Origin: Mobula hypostoma
Taxonomy: Eukaryota
Assembly: GCF_963921235.1 (NCBI RefSeq)
Contig: NC_086118.1
Span: 5,580,001-5,644,000 of the forward strand
DNA length: 64,000 nt
Direction: 5' to 3'
The position numbers and the translations under genes were made by a program. Below are positions 22,069 to 34,123 of the stretch, in pieces. How positions within the stretch are numbered: the stretch's first letter is position 1; each line of letters begins with the position of its first letter. The notes below the pieces were generated by a model that saw only the letters and a list, made by a program, of their open reading frames with translations, did no database searches and was not told the origin of the DNA.

Positions 22069-25000
22069 TATATATAGAATATATAGAATAGTACAGCACA
22101 GTACAGGCCCTTCGGCCCACAATGTTGTGCCGACCCTCAAACCCTGCCTCCCATATAAGCCCCCACCTTAGATTCCTCCACATACCTGTCTAGTAGTCTC
22201 TTAAACTTCACTAGTGTATCTGCCTCCACCACTGACTCAGGCAGTGCATTCCATGTACCAACCACTCTCTGAGTAAAAAACCTTCCTCTAATATCCCCCT
22301 TGAACTTTCCACCCCTTACCTTAAAGCCATGTCCTCTTGTATTGAGCAGTGGTGCCCTGGGGAAGGGGCGCTGGCTATCCACTCTATCTATTCCTCTTAT
22401 CTTGTACACCTCTATCATGTCTCCTCTCATCCTCCTTCTCTCCAAAGAGTAAAGCCCTAGCTCCCTTAATCTCTGATCATAATGCATACTTTCTAAACCA
22501 GGCAGCATCCTGGTAAATCTCCTCTGTACCCTTTCCAATGCTTCCACATCCTTCCTATAGTGAGGTGACCAGAACTGGACATAGTACTCCAAGTGTGGCC
22601 TAACCAGAGTTTTATAGAGCTGCATCATTACACCGCGACTCTTAAACTCTATCCCTCGACTTATGAAAGCTAACACCCCATAAGCTTTTTAACTACCCTA
22701 TCCATCTGTGAGGCAACTTTCAGGGATCTGTGGACATGTACCCCGATATCCCTCTGCTCCTCCACACTACCAAGTATCCTGCCATTTACTTTGTACTCTG
22801 CCTTGGAGTTTGCCCTTCCAAAGTGTACCACCTCACACTTCTCCGGGTTGAACTCCATCTGCCACTTCTCAGCCCACTTCTGCATCCTATCAATGTCTCT
22901 TGCAATCTTTGACAATCCTCTACACTGTCTACAACACCACCAACCTTTGCGTCGTCTGCAAACTTGCCCACCCACCCTTCTACCCCCACATCCAGGTCGT
23001 TAATAAAAATCACGAAAAGTAGAGGTCCCAGAACAGATCCTTGTGGGACACCACTAGTCACAATCCTCCAATCTGAATGTACTCCCTCCACCACCACCCT
23101 CTGCCTTCTGCAGGCAAGCCAATTCTGAATTCACCTGGCCAAACTTCCCTGGATCCCATGCCTTCTAACTTTCTGAATAAGCCTACCTTGTCAAATGCTT
23201 TACTAAAATCCATATAGATCACATCCAGGGCACTACCCTCATCTATATGCCTGGTCACCTCCTCAAAGAACTCTATCAGGCTTGTTAGACACGATCTGCC
23301 CTTCACAAAGCCATGCTGACTGTCCCTGATCAGACCATGATTCTCTAAATGCCTATAGATCCTATCCTATCTCTAAGAATCTTTCCAACAGCTTTCCCAC
23401 CACAGACGTATGGCTCACTGGTCTATTATTACCCAGACTATCCCTACTACCTTTTTTGAACAACGGAACAACATTCGCCTCCCTCCAATCCTCTGGTACC
23501 ATTCCTGTGGACAACGAGGACATAAAGATCCTAGCCAGAGGCTCAGCAATCTCTTCTCTCGCTTCGTGGAGCATCCTGGGGAATATTCCGTCAGGCCCCG
23601 GGGACTTATCTGTCCTAATGTATTTTAACAACTCCAACACCTCTTCTCCCTTAATATCAACATGCTCCGGAACATCAACCTCACTCATATTGTCCTCACC
23701 ATCATCAAGTTCCCTCTCATTGGTGAATACCGATGAGAAGTATTCATTGAGGACCTCGCTCACTTCCACAGCCTCCAGGCACATCTTCCCACCTTTATCT
23801 CTAATCCGTCCTACATTCTTTCCTGTCATCCTTTTTTTCTTCACATAATTGAAGAATGCCTTGGGGTTTTCCTTTACCCTACTCGCCAAGGCCTTCTCAT
23901 GCCCCCTTCTTGCTCTTCTCAGCCCCTTCTTAAGCTCCTTTCTTGCTTCCCTATATTCCTCAATAGACCCATCTGATCCTTGCTTCCTAAACCTCATGTA
24001 TGCTGCCTTCTTCCACCTGACTAGATTTTCCACCTCACTTGTCACCCATGGTTCCTTCTTTATCTTCCTCACCGGGACGAATTTATCCCTTACATCCCGC
24101 AAGAGATCTCTAAACATCGACCACATGTCCATAGTACATTTCCCTGCAAAAACATCATCCCAATTCACACCCGCAAGTTCTAGCCTTATAGCCTCATAAT
24201 TTGCCTTTCCCCAGTTAAAAATTTTCCTGTCTTCTTTGATTCTATCCTTTTCCAGGATAATTATAAAGGCCAGGGAGTGGTGGTCACTGTCCCCCAGATG
24301 CTCACCCACTGAGAGATCTGTGACCTGACCCGGTTCATTACCTAGTACTAGATCTAGTATGGCATTCCCCCTGGTCGGCCTGTCCAGATACTATGACAGG
24401 AATCCATCCTGGACACACTTAACAAATTCTGCCCCATCTAAACCCTTGGAACTAATCAGGTGCCAATCAATATTAGGGAAGTTAAAGTAACCCATGATAA
24501 CAACCCTGTTATTTTTGCACCTTTCCAAAATCTGCCTCCCAATCTGCTCCTTGGTATCTCTGCTGCTACCAGGGGGCCTATAGAATACCCCCAGTAGAGT
24601 AACTGCTCCCTTCCTGTTCCTGACTTCCACCCATATTGACTCAAAAGAGGATCCTGCTACATTACCCACCCTTTCTGTAGCTGTAATAGTATCCCTGACC
24701 AGTAATGCCACCCCTCCTCCCCCTTTTCCGCCCTCTCTATCCCTTTTAAAGCACTGAAATCCAGGAATATTGAGAATCCATTCCTGCCCTGGTGCCAGCC
24801 ACTACATCATAATTCCATGTATGTATCCAAGCTCTCAGTTCATCACCTTTGTTCCTGATGCTTCTTGCATTGAGGTACACACATTTCAGCCCTTCTACCT
24901 TACTGTCCTTACACCATTTATTCTGCTTCTCTTTCCTCAAAACCTCTCTGTATGTTAGATCTGGCTGTACTCCATGCACTTCTTTCACTGCTCTATCGCT

Positions 25001-26021
25001 CTGGGTCCCATTCTCCTCGCAAATTAGTTTAAACCCTCCCGAACCATGCTAGCAAACCTACCTGCAAGAATATTGCTCCCCCTCGAGTTCAGGTGCAACC
25101 CATCCAATCTGTACAGGTCCCACCTTCCCCAGAAGAGATCCCAATGATCTAAAAATCTAAAACCCTGCTCCCTGCACCAACTCCTCAGCCACGCATTCAA
25201 CTGCCATCTCCTCCAATTCTTACCATCTCTGTCACGTAGCACTGGCAGCAATCCTGAGAACGTCACCCTTGAGGTCCTGTTCTTCAGCCTTCTGCCGAAT
25301 TCCCGAAACTCACACTTCAGGACCTCATCCCTCTTCGTGCCTATGTCATTGGTCCCAACATGTATCACGACTTCTGGTTGCTTTCCCTCTTGAACCAGGA
25401 TGTCGTGCACCCGGTCAGAGACATCCCGGACCCTGGCACCCGGGAGGCAACAAACCATGCGAGTGTCCTTCTCACGTCCACAAAATCTCCTGTCTGCTTC
25501 CCTGAGTATGGAGTCTCCAATGACGACAGCTCTCCTCTTCTCCGTCCCACCCTTCTGCACCACTGGGTCAGACTCAGTGCCGGAGGCCCTGCCACCGTGG
25601 CTCACACCTGGTCGGTCGTCCCTGCCAGTAGTATCCAGGACGGTAAACTTATTATTCAGGGGAATGGCTACAGGGGTACTCTGCACTACCTGTCTGCTCA
25701 CCTTTGCTTTCCCCCCTTTGACTGTTACCCAACGACCTGCTTCCGACAGCCTAGGTGTGACTACCTCCCTGTAGCTCTCATCTATGACTGCCTCATTCTC
25801 CCTTATGAGTCGAAGATCATCCAGCTGCTGCTCCAGATTCCATACACGGTCTTCCAGATCGCCCAGCCGTATGCACTTCTGGCAGATGTGACTCTGCGGG
25901 AGAGGGGAGTTCCCCCAAGACTGCCACATCTCACATGAGAGGCACATCACTGTCTCAGGAGACATTGTAAAAACTAACTGCGAGCTAGCTTGTCCTCCGC
26001 CTCTTCTCGTCGAAGCCTCTT
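22069..26021 (-). mobile_element. Near full-length CR1 LINE nested in the Penelope RT
   Basis: ORF1 intact. ORF2 (APE, RT with FADDAK) broken by several frameshifts. (TTCTATATA)n tail at 22069-22090. GTA duplicated at 22066-22068 / 26022-26024. Confidence 0.93.
25024..25965 (-). CDS. CR1 ORF1p: zinc finger, leucine zipper and SGNH esterase (313 aa, uninterrupted)
   Basis: CLSC...CQKC, coiled coil LEDRVWNLEQQLDDL, SGNH blocks VIGDS, PGA, HVGTND, DGLHLN. ATG at 25965. Confidence 0.8.
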   Translation of the reverse strand: MSPETVMCLSCEMWQSWGNSPLPQSHICQKCIRLGDLEDRVWNLEQQLDDLRLIRENEAVIDESYREVVTPRLSEAGRWVTVKGGKAKVSRQVVQSTPVAIPLNNKFTVLDTTGRDDRPGVSHGGRASGTESDPVVQKGGTEKRRAVVIGDSILREADRRFCGREKDTRMVCCLPGARVRDVSDRVHDILVQEGKQPEVVIHVGTNDIGTKRDEVLKCEFREFGRRLKNRTSRVTFSGLLPVLRDRDGKNWRRWQLNAWLRSWCREQGFRFLDHWDLFWGRWDLYRLDGLHLNSRGSNILAGRFASMVREGLN

Positions 26022-28739
26022 GTAAGTAAGAGGAGGTGTCAGAATGCTGCTGTTTCACCTCAGTGAGGTTGAGGTTCGTCTGCCAGACTACTACAGCACC
26101 ACCTTTGTCAGCGTGTTTGATGGTGAGGTTGGGATTACTGCGGAGAGAGTGGAAGGCAGTGCGTTCAGAGGGAGTGAGGTTGGAACAGGACAGTGGTGAA
26201 GTTATGGGGGATTTCAACATGCAGGTAGACTGGGAAAATCAGATTGGTACTGGACCCCAAGAAAGGGAGTTTGTGGAATGCCTCAGAGATGGATTCTTAG
26301 AGCAGCTTGTATTAGAGTCTACCAGGGAGAAGGCAATTCTGGATTTAGTGTTGTGTAATGAGCCAGATTTGATAAGGAAACTCGAGGTAAAGGAGCCATT
26401 AGGAGGTAGTGACCATAATATGGTAAGTTTTAATCTACAATTTGAGAGGGAGAAGGGAAAATCAGAAGTGTCAGTATTACAGTTGAACAAAGGGGACTAT
26501 GGACCCATGAGGGAGGAGCTGGCCAAAGTTGACTGGCAAGATACCATAGCAGGGATGACAGTGGAACAACAATGGCAGGTATTTCTGGGAATAATACAGA
26601 AGGTGCAGGATCAGTTCATTCCAAAGAGGAAGAAAGATTCTAAGGGGAGTAAGGGGCGACCGAGGATGACAAGGGAAGTCAAGGACAGTATAAAAATAAA
26701 AGAGAGGAACTATAACATAGCAAGGATGAGCAGAAAGCCAGAGGATTGGAGACTTTTAAGGAGCAACAGAAGATAACTAAAAAGGCAATACGGGGGGAAA
26801 AGATGAGGTATGAAGATAAGCTAGTCAAGAATATAAAGGAGGATAGTAAAAGCTTCTTTAGGTATGTGAAGAGGAAAAAATTAGTTAAGACCAAAGTTGG
26901 GCCCTTGAAGACAGAAACGGGTGAAATTATTATGGGGAACTGAAATGACAGACGAGCTGAACAGGTACTTTGGATCTGTCTTCACTAGGGAAGACACAAA
27001 CAACCTCCCAGATGTAATCGTGGCTAGAGGACCTAGGGTAACGGAGGAACTGAAGGAAATTCGCATTAGGCAGAAAATGGTGTTGGATAAACTGATGGGA
27101 CTGAAGGCTTATAATTCCCCAGGGCCTGATGGTCTGCATCCCAGGGTACTTAAGGAGGTGGCCCTAGAAATCGTGGACGCATTGGTAATCATTTTCCAAT
27201 GTTCTATAGATTCAGGATCAGTTCCTGCAGATCGGAGAGTAGCTAATGTTATCCCACTTTTTAAGAAAGGAGGGAGAGAGAAAACAGGCAATTATAGACC
27301 AGTTAGTCTGACATCAGTGGTGGGGAAGATGCTGGAGTCAATTATACAAGATGAAATAGTGGCATATTTGGATAGCTGTAGCAGGATAGGTCCAAGTCAG
27401 CATAGATTTACGAAGGGGAAATCATGCTTGACTAAATCTTCTGGAATTTTTTGAGGATGTAACTACGAAAATGGACATGGGAAAGCCAGTGGATATAGTG
27501 TACCTGGACTTTCCGAAAGCCTTTGATAAGGTCCTACATAGGAGGTTAGTGGGCAAAATGAGAGCACATGGTATTGGGGGTAGGGTACTGACATGGATAG
27601 AAAATTCGCTGGCAGACAGGAAACAAAGCGTAGGGGTTAACTAGTCCTTTTCAGAATAGCAGGCGGTGACTAGTAGAGTACCGCAAGGCTCAGTGCTGGG
27701 ACCGCAGCTATTTACAATATACATTAATTACTTAGATGAAGGGATTAAAAGTAACATTAGCAAATGAGAATGCAGGGTGACTTGGACAGGTTGGGTGAGT
27801 GGGCAGATGCAGTTTAATGTGGATAAATGTGAGGTTATCCACTTTGGTGGCAAGAACAGGAAGGCAGATTACTATCTGAACGGTGTCAAGTTAGGAAAAC
27901 GGGAAGTACAACGAGATCTGGTTGTCCTTGTTCATCAGTCACTGAAAGTAAGCATGCAGTGAAGAAAGCTAATGGCATGTTGGCCTTCATAACAAGGGGA
28001 GTTGAGTGTAGGAACAAAGATGTCCTTCTGCAGTCGTACAGGGCCCTGGTGAGTCCCCACCTGGAGTATTGCGTGTAGTTTTAGTCTCCAAATTTGAAGA
28101 AGGACATTCTTGCTATGGAGGGAGTGCAGCGTAGGTTCACTGGGTTAATTCCAGGGATGGCAGGAATGTCATATGTTGAAAGATTGGAGTGACTGGGCTT
28201 GTATACACTGGAATTTAGAAGGATGAGAGGGGATCTGATTTAAATATATAAGATTATTAAGGGATTGGACACGCTAGAGGCAGAAACATGTTCCCGATGT
28301 TGGGCGAGTCCAGAACCAGAGGCCACAGTTTAAGAATAAGGGGTAGGCCATTTAGAACGGAGTTGAGGAAAAACTTTTTCACCCAGAGAGTTGCGGTTCT
28401 GTGGAATGCTCTGCCTCAGAAGGCAGTGGAGGCCAATTCTCTGGATTCTTTCAAGAAAGAGTTACATTGAGCTCTTAAGGATAGCGGAGTGAAGGGATAT
28501 GGGGAGAAGGTAGGAACAGGGATGATCAGCCATGATCACAGTGAACGGCGGTGCTAGCTCGAAGGGCTGAATGGCCTACTCCTGTACCTGTTGTCTAATG
28601 CCCTTCAGCGGGCGACCCTCCACATCCGAATCCGTTCCCCTCCCCGACTCATTTTCCTTTTATTTCTTGCCAAAATCCATTCCATACCATCGTTTAACTC
28701 CCCGTCTGAATTTCAGGCCATATGCTCCCTTTAATCACA

Positions 28740-28984
28740 TTACGGGGACAAACCACCCGTCCCCGTAACTCTTGCCATTGGGACTACAATGCCCAGAACA
28801 CCCTCCAAACCCACGCATGCGTAATCCGCCCGTCTTCCTGTTGCTGTTCCGACTTCACGCTAAGGGTACGACCTTTGGTGCCTGTCGGGATACTGGAGGA
28901 CACCTTTGCGATGTTGTAGGAAGTCTGAGGCCGTGGGCCCGGGGCCGACGGGTTCTGGCGGACCAGTGAAGGGAAGATGGCGGC
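28740..28984 (+). promoter_or_regulatory. MRPL38 CpG-rich promoter with housekeeping motifs
   Basis: ACTACAATGCCCAGAA (ZNF143/SBS-like, 28783-28798), ACGCATGCGT (NRF1-like palindrome, 28813-28822), CTTCCTG (ETS/GABP-like, about 28834), AAGATGGCGGC (YY1, overlapping the ATG, 28974-28984). Confidence 0.7.
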
Positions 28985-29073
28985 GGCGTTGGTGAGGTTA
29001 CGTCCGGGATTGCAGAGTGGTTTATTTCATTTCCCGAAGGTTGTGAAACCAGTCAGGATGGTGACAAATACAG
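28977..29073 (+). CDS. MRPL38: Mitochondrial ribosomal protein L38 exon 1 (targeting peptide)
   Basis: ATG in AAGATGGCG context. MAAALVRLRPGLQSGLFHFPKVVKPVRMVTNT is Arg-rich with no acidic residues. CAG|GTTAGT donor, phase 1 matches exon 2. Confidence 0.85.
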
Positions 29074-30150
29074 GTTAGTAAGGTGACGTTGGGCTGCAGC
29101 ACCCTGGTCAAACTCAGAAGTAAATGAACAGCGGCGTCGTCTGGGGTCACCATGGGAACCTGATGACCGTCCACACTTGGCTAACCCGGTCCGACATCTC
29201 TGCTGTCGCCCGAGGAGAGAGCGCTGTGGGGAGTCTCGGCCCGTACTGGTTCGAAACAAGTTCTGATCAGAGGCTCTTTCTGCGGAAATGGTGTTTCACC
29301 AGCTCACCTTCAGTTTATATTTACACTATCTCCTTGCAATCTGCTAGCACGTATTCGGGAGGTCGGCTGTGCTTTTTTGTCAACTCTGTTGTAACCCTCA
29401 AATAAGTCTCAGTTGAATCTCTTCTGTTCCAAAGAAAATTATGCCAACCATCCCAATTCCCCCTTCATATCTATAAATCTCCTTTAATCCCTTAGTCCTG
29501 GCAACATCCTTACAAATTTCCTTTGCATCCTTAAGTGTTTTGCTGTACTTCCTACAGCACAGTATCCAGAACAAGGTACAGTAATCTAGCAGTTTTATAC
29601 ATCTCTTTGACCATCGTACCTGTTCCATTTTCTTCAGGATGTTGTGGACATCTTTTCCAAGATTTAGTTTCATTTATATTTTGTAGCGACCCACCATTTA
29701 TTATGCCTAGTTTGCCTTTCCTAAGAGTGTGAGTGCTACCACATACAGCACTGAACTTCATTCAATTTGCCACTTCCATTCTATGTAATAAGTCTATTAT
29801 TGACTATTATACTAGACTTTTGTATAGTTACATAGAGCTTAGAAAAATAGAGGGCTATTGGGAAGTCTAGTTATTTCTAAGGTAGGGACATGTTCAGCAC
29901 AACTTTGTGGGCCAAAGGGCCTGTATTGTGCTGTAGGTTTTCTATATTGTCTTGCAACATAGAAGTTTGTTTTTTACCATCAACCATGTTGTCTTAAGCA
30001 AACTCCTTAAAATAACTTGTATCTTTGATCTTTACTGATCACCTTCCCTATCTCTGCTTGGACTAAACTACAATAATGGTACTTTGCTACATTATGCTGA
30101 GTGAACCCAAATTATTCCAGTATATCTTACTGTGACTTCATATCCTTTAG

Positions 30151-30327
30151 CCGTACTACTTAAACGTGCAGCTCCACTCGGGCCGATGCCCAATGAGGAT
30201 ATTGATGTAACAGACCTGGAGTCTCTGGAGAAATACCGCAGCTATTCACGGTATCTGCAGGTGGCAGAGGAAAAAAGGAGGGAGCCCACCTGGTGGCGGA
30301 CTTTTCAACAATACACACAAAAGCCTA
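30151..30327 (+). CDS. MRPL38: MRPL38 exon 2
   Basis: AG/GT bounded, phase 1/1. [24 protein letters not shown]...WWRTF matches human [24 protein letters not shown]. Confidence 0.95.
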
Positions 30328-31090
30328 GTAAGTTGTATTGTATGAGGGGGAAAATGTATCATGTTAACATAACCACAAGTGTTTATAACTGAACAATGAA
30401 GTTCATGACATATGTTGGTGATATTAAACCTGATTGTGAAGATGTTGATGCAATGTTGTGGAACCCTGACCTTTCTTCTCCCAGGTAACGGACTTGGGTA
30501 TATCTGGCCTGCTTGTTGTGACTGTTTTACATACATCACTTGGTCATTTAATCGATATCCAGCTTGCTGCTTAATTGGCAATGTACTTGGAGTATAGTTA
30601 GTCTGTTGTAGAAAAGCAGAATTTGTTCATCAGAAACTGTTGTTAAGCTTTGGTTACTGTGTATTATTGGCGGATTGTTTAAATAGAATCTGGCTTGTGC
30701 TCTGTATTTTACTTGGAAATGCCCTATAGGGCAGTGTAGGAGGTGCTTTACTCTGTATCTCACCTGAATTATTAGCTGGTCGACATTTACCAGCCATCTT
30801 TGCACGCATTCTAGTTTTTTTTAATCAGTTTCACACAATCTTTGTTGTCCCTCTCATTTGTGGGGATCAGAAGTTATTCACTGTGATACACCCAATTATT
30901 TCAGATTATGCATAAATTACCCTGATTGTAAAATTTTTGGTATGTATTTTATTGACAACATATCTTTCTTTGCATGCTCTTGAATTTAATACTTTAAGTA
31001 CACTACAGCTGCTTGTAAAAATAGACTTCCTCTCAAACAGCAGAGGGATTTGCTCCTGTGTTTCAGGATTTTCCATTGCATTTCTTATAG

Positions 31091-31222
31091 CTCCAGAGAA
31101 AATTGATATCGGTCTCCCTCATTTTAGAGGATCTCGGAAAAAGGAATTGGAGGAACGTAAACGCATTCTCAGGGCAAACCGTAACAACAGTGATCTTGAG
31201 AGGGCATCGCGGCACAGAACGT
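31091..31222 (+). CDS. MRPL38: MRPL38 exon 3
   Basis: Phase 1/1. EKIDIGLP...LEERKRIL...ERASRHRT. Confidence 0.95.
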
Positions 31223-32712
31223 GTAAGTCAGTATTGAGAAGTAAAAGACAGCACTGGACAAGCAAGGTGACCCTATTTGTAGCCCTCAGTCTGGATTTAT
31301 AACTTGCTTCAATTGTGTGCATTTGGCTGGAAGTCTGATTATATCCACATAAATAGGATTGTTCTGGTTGTGATACTGTCCAAGCACAGCATCTTGTCTA
31401 TCAGAACCAAGTGCGTCTGTCCATTTCTACTGAGGGGAGACTGGAAGATAGCAGTCTCCAGGAAACTCTTACTATCAGACTGTACACTTGTAAAAATAAC
31501 CCTGAAGGATTAACAAATAATGTGGAGAAATTTCAAACAAAGTCCATGACATTTATTAAAATTAAACTAAAGCGAGAATAAAGGGAGCATAAAGCACTAT
31601 TTGGTCTCCATAGCCTGTTCCACAACTACCTCCTCTTCAAGGGTCTTCCTGGATCGTAAGAGATGGTAACTGGCTCGTTTTGTTTTTCTCTCAATTTTAA
31701 TCCTTATTCAGGGCTCCCTGCTCCTTCCATTAAGATTGAGATGAATATTAGTCAACTTCAGGTGTCTCTGGTTGTCTATCACATCTTCCAGTCCTGAAAC
31801 ACTTCTCCAGTTTATCTCCCCTCTTCACTTCTGCTTTTTAAGTTCATCACTGTGAAACCCTTGGATCCCATTCCCACTGCACCGATGACCACCCATCTTA
31901 TCTTTGTCTTCATGTGGCCACCAATCTATGTGGTGCCATGAAAACCACCAAGTCCTGTCCTTGTTTCAACTAACTTCCACTCCTCCTTCACACTCTCAAC
32001 TCCTCTGTATTCCATTCACGATCCATTTAATTGCAGAGACAGCAGATATAAATCATGAGGGGATAATGGCGAATGTGTGCAGGCTCTGAGTGATGGGTGA
32101 TGAATATGCAGAAAGTCTATGGATGTTGCTTGCTTAGATTTCCAAAAGACATTATAAAGTACCTCCTAGGAAACCATTATTAAACGTAACATTCAAGGAA
32201 TGAAGCAAAACTAATGATGTTGTTGGGGACTTAACTGTTAGCAGGAAAATGAAGGTAGATTTAACAGGGCAGAACAATGTTTGGCAAGGTTTGATTAGTC
32301 ATGCTCTATAATTATTGGTGTTGCCTACTTAACTATTCACTGTATTAATGATTTGATCAGACAGCATGCTATAGTTTAGTATTTGGCAAGTTTAGTTACA
32401 ATGCAATCCTGTGTCAACTTAGGACACAGATGGAAGTAAGAAATGACAGAGATAATGTGTTCAGTGAGTTGGAACATTGAATTTAATAGGTCGTATGGGA
32501 TCATCCAATATAATAACAATAGAGCTGATGAAAGCTGAATACAGTGGAGGTACAGAGAGCCTTGTGGGTCCACAGGCTGTTAAAATATGATTTCTAGGTG
32601 CAGAAAATGAAAGCCATGATGTATCAGATTAACTGTGCTCTTATTGAATGGCAGAGCAACCTTGATTATCCTGAACTGTTCCTAAATTAAGCTGAGTTCT
32701 CTGTTCTTGCAG

Positions 32713-32918
32713 TATTGATTCCACTGGATGAAGTGAATGCTGATTGGGAGAAAACAAACGGCCCTTATCATCTAAGGAACATTGGCGAACATTATGCAGT
32801 TTTTAGAGACCTATTCAATGGTGCAACCTTCGTTCCACGTGTGATGCTACGTGTTCACTACGACTGTCAGGACTATTCCATGCCAGTATATTTTGGAAAC
32901 GCTGTCACTCCCACAGAG
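32713..32918 (+). CDS. MRPL38: MRPL38 exon 4
   Basis: Phase 1/0. [18 protein letters not shown]...[13 protein letters not shown]...GNAVTPTE. Confidence 0.95.
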
Positions 32919-33444
32919 GTATGACTGGTCAGGTTCAGTTGACTAAATAGTCCACATACACTCCATACATAATTAACATACATCATGAGAATATTAAATG
33001 GTGACTATTCCCTACTAACTGTTTTTTAAAATTCAATTAATTTTAACTTGAGCACTAGTTACTTGAACATTGAGTGCAAAATTAATTGCTGTATTTAAAG
33101 AAGGATTTACAAATCTGTGCAGTAGATTCATTCCTAAGATGTAGATTCTGTTCAAAGAGATTATTATGAGCATCTATTATCATTGGAAGAATAATAAGCA
33201 ATCTCAGTAAAATTTTGAAAATGACTGAGAGTAGTTGTTGTCCCTGGCTGGGAAATTTAGAAGTTGGGAGCAGAGTCTTTGTATAAGAAGACAAAATGAA
33301 TTTTCTTTACTTTGATCAGGGAGTCCCTTTATCCACGCTGTTTCAATAGTACCATTTGTACAGTACATTTTTTGAGTTATGGAATAGCATTACATTCATT
33401 TGTGCTGATTCTACATCCTACTAATTTTCCTTTGTCTTTCCCAG

Positions 33445-33517
33445 GCTGCAAATGTTCCCAAGGTATCATTTGAGGCAGAAGAGGGTTCCCTATGGACGTT
33501 GCTGTTTACCAATCCAG
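33445..33517 (+). CDS. MRPL38: MRPL38 exon 5 (PEBP domain)
   Basis: Phase 0/1. AANVPKVSFEAEEGSLWTLLFTNP. Confidence 0.95.
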
Positions 33518-34045
33518 GTCTGCATTTCTTTTGAATTGGAGTGGAATTGAAATTCAAAAGCCATCAAAACAGAACTGCAATGTTATGCTGGATATGGGGA
33601 AAAGATCATCTCTTGAAGCTCATTTCATTTACAGTAATTCTAGTTTCTCTTTCTGGCTATTGCTGTTCCAAAGGCACCAGTAGCAGTGTAGTAATTCAGC
33701 TTGATAATGTCCAGCAGGGACTGTAACTTCCTTCTGCTAGGGCACGTGGAGTCAAATCCTTGGAAGATGTTTAAGGTCTTGCAGGGTCCCAAAGAACTCT
33801 AATCATGGTGTTATAAAATTACCGGTACTTTACACAATACCATGCAGTGTTGAATCTGTAACCAGCAGTGCCATCATATCCAGGTAGACATACCTTATTG
33901 TTAAAAACCAGTTTTGATACTAGTTTTAAAAACTGGCTTATAAGCTGAAGCTCAGAATATTCTCTCCCAACACAATTCAAGATTTTAACAATTACATCAT
34001 AGTTTAGAAAAGTTTTTTGCTGTATTTTTTCTGGCTCACTTATTG

Positions 34046-34123
34046 CAGGGGTTCCAAACCTGGGGTTCACGACCCCTCGGTTAATGGTAGGGGTCCATGG
34101 CATAAAAAAGTTGGGAACCCCTG
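34046..34123. mobile_element. hAT-derived MITE (78 bp)
   Basis: TIRs CAGGGGTTCCAAAC / GTTGGGAACCCCTG. A second copy lies in opposite orientation at 59273-59352. Confidence 0.8.

Larger units (their letters stand above)
20145..26200 (-). mobile_element. Large Penelope-like (Neptune) element: RT, GIY-YIG and pLTR, split by a CR1
   Basis: RT N-part SNLTPSER...IKHADKGGAVVVW (26022-26200) joins PLEHNPT...FYLLPKIHKP...RPIVS...MDVQSLYTSIP...GVAMGTRMGPSYA (21430-22068), then thumb LPFLDL...YKPTDSHNYL, GIY-YIG remnant (20497-20850) and pLTR (20145-20500). Confidence 0.92.
19910..28600 (+). mobile_element. 5'-truncated CR1 LINE (outer host of the nest; 19910-20144 plus about 26200-28600)
   Basis: APE (ESVWIELRN..GVIYRPPNS) breaks at 20144 and resumes at about 26200 (VMGDFNMQVDWENQ). 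RT and 3' UTR follow to about 28600. Confidence 0.9.

Noticed and set aside
26036-26776. 246-aa plus-strand ORF as a novel gene
   Set aside because: Chance read-through from antisense Penelope sequence into the CR1 endonuclease frame.
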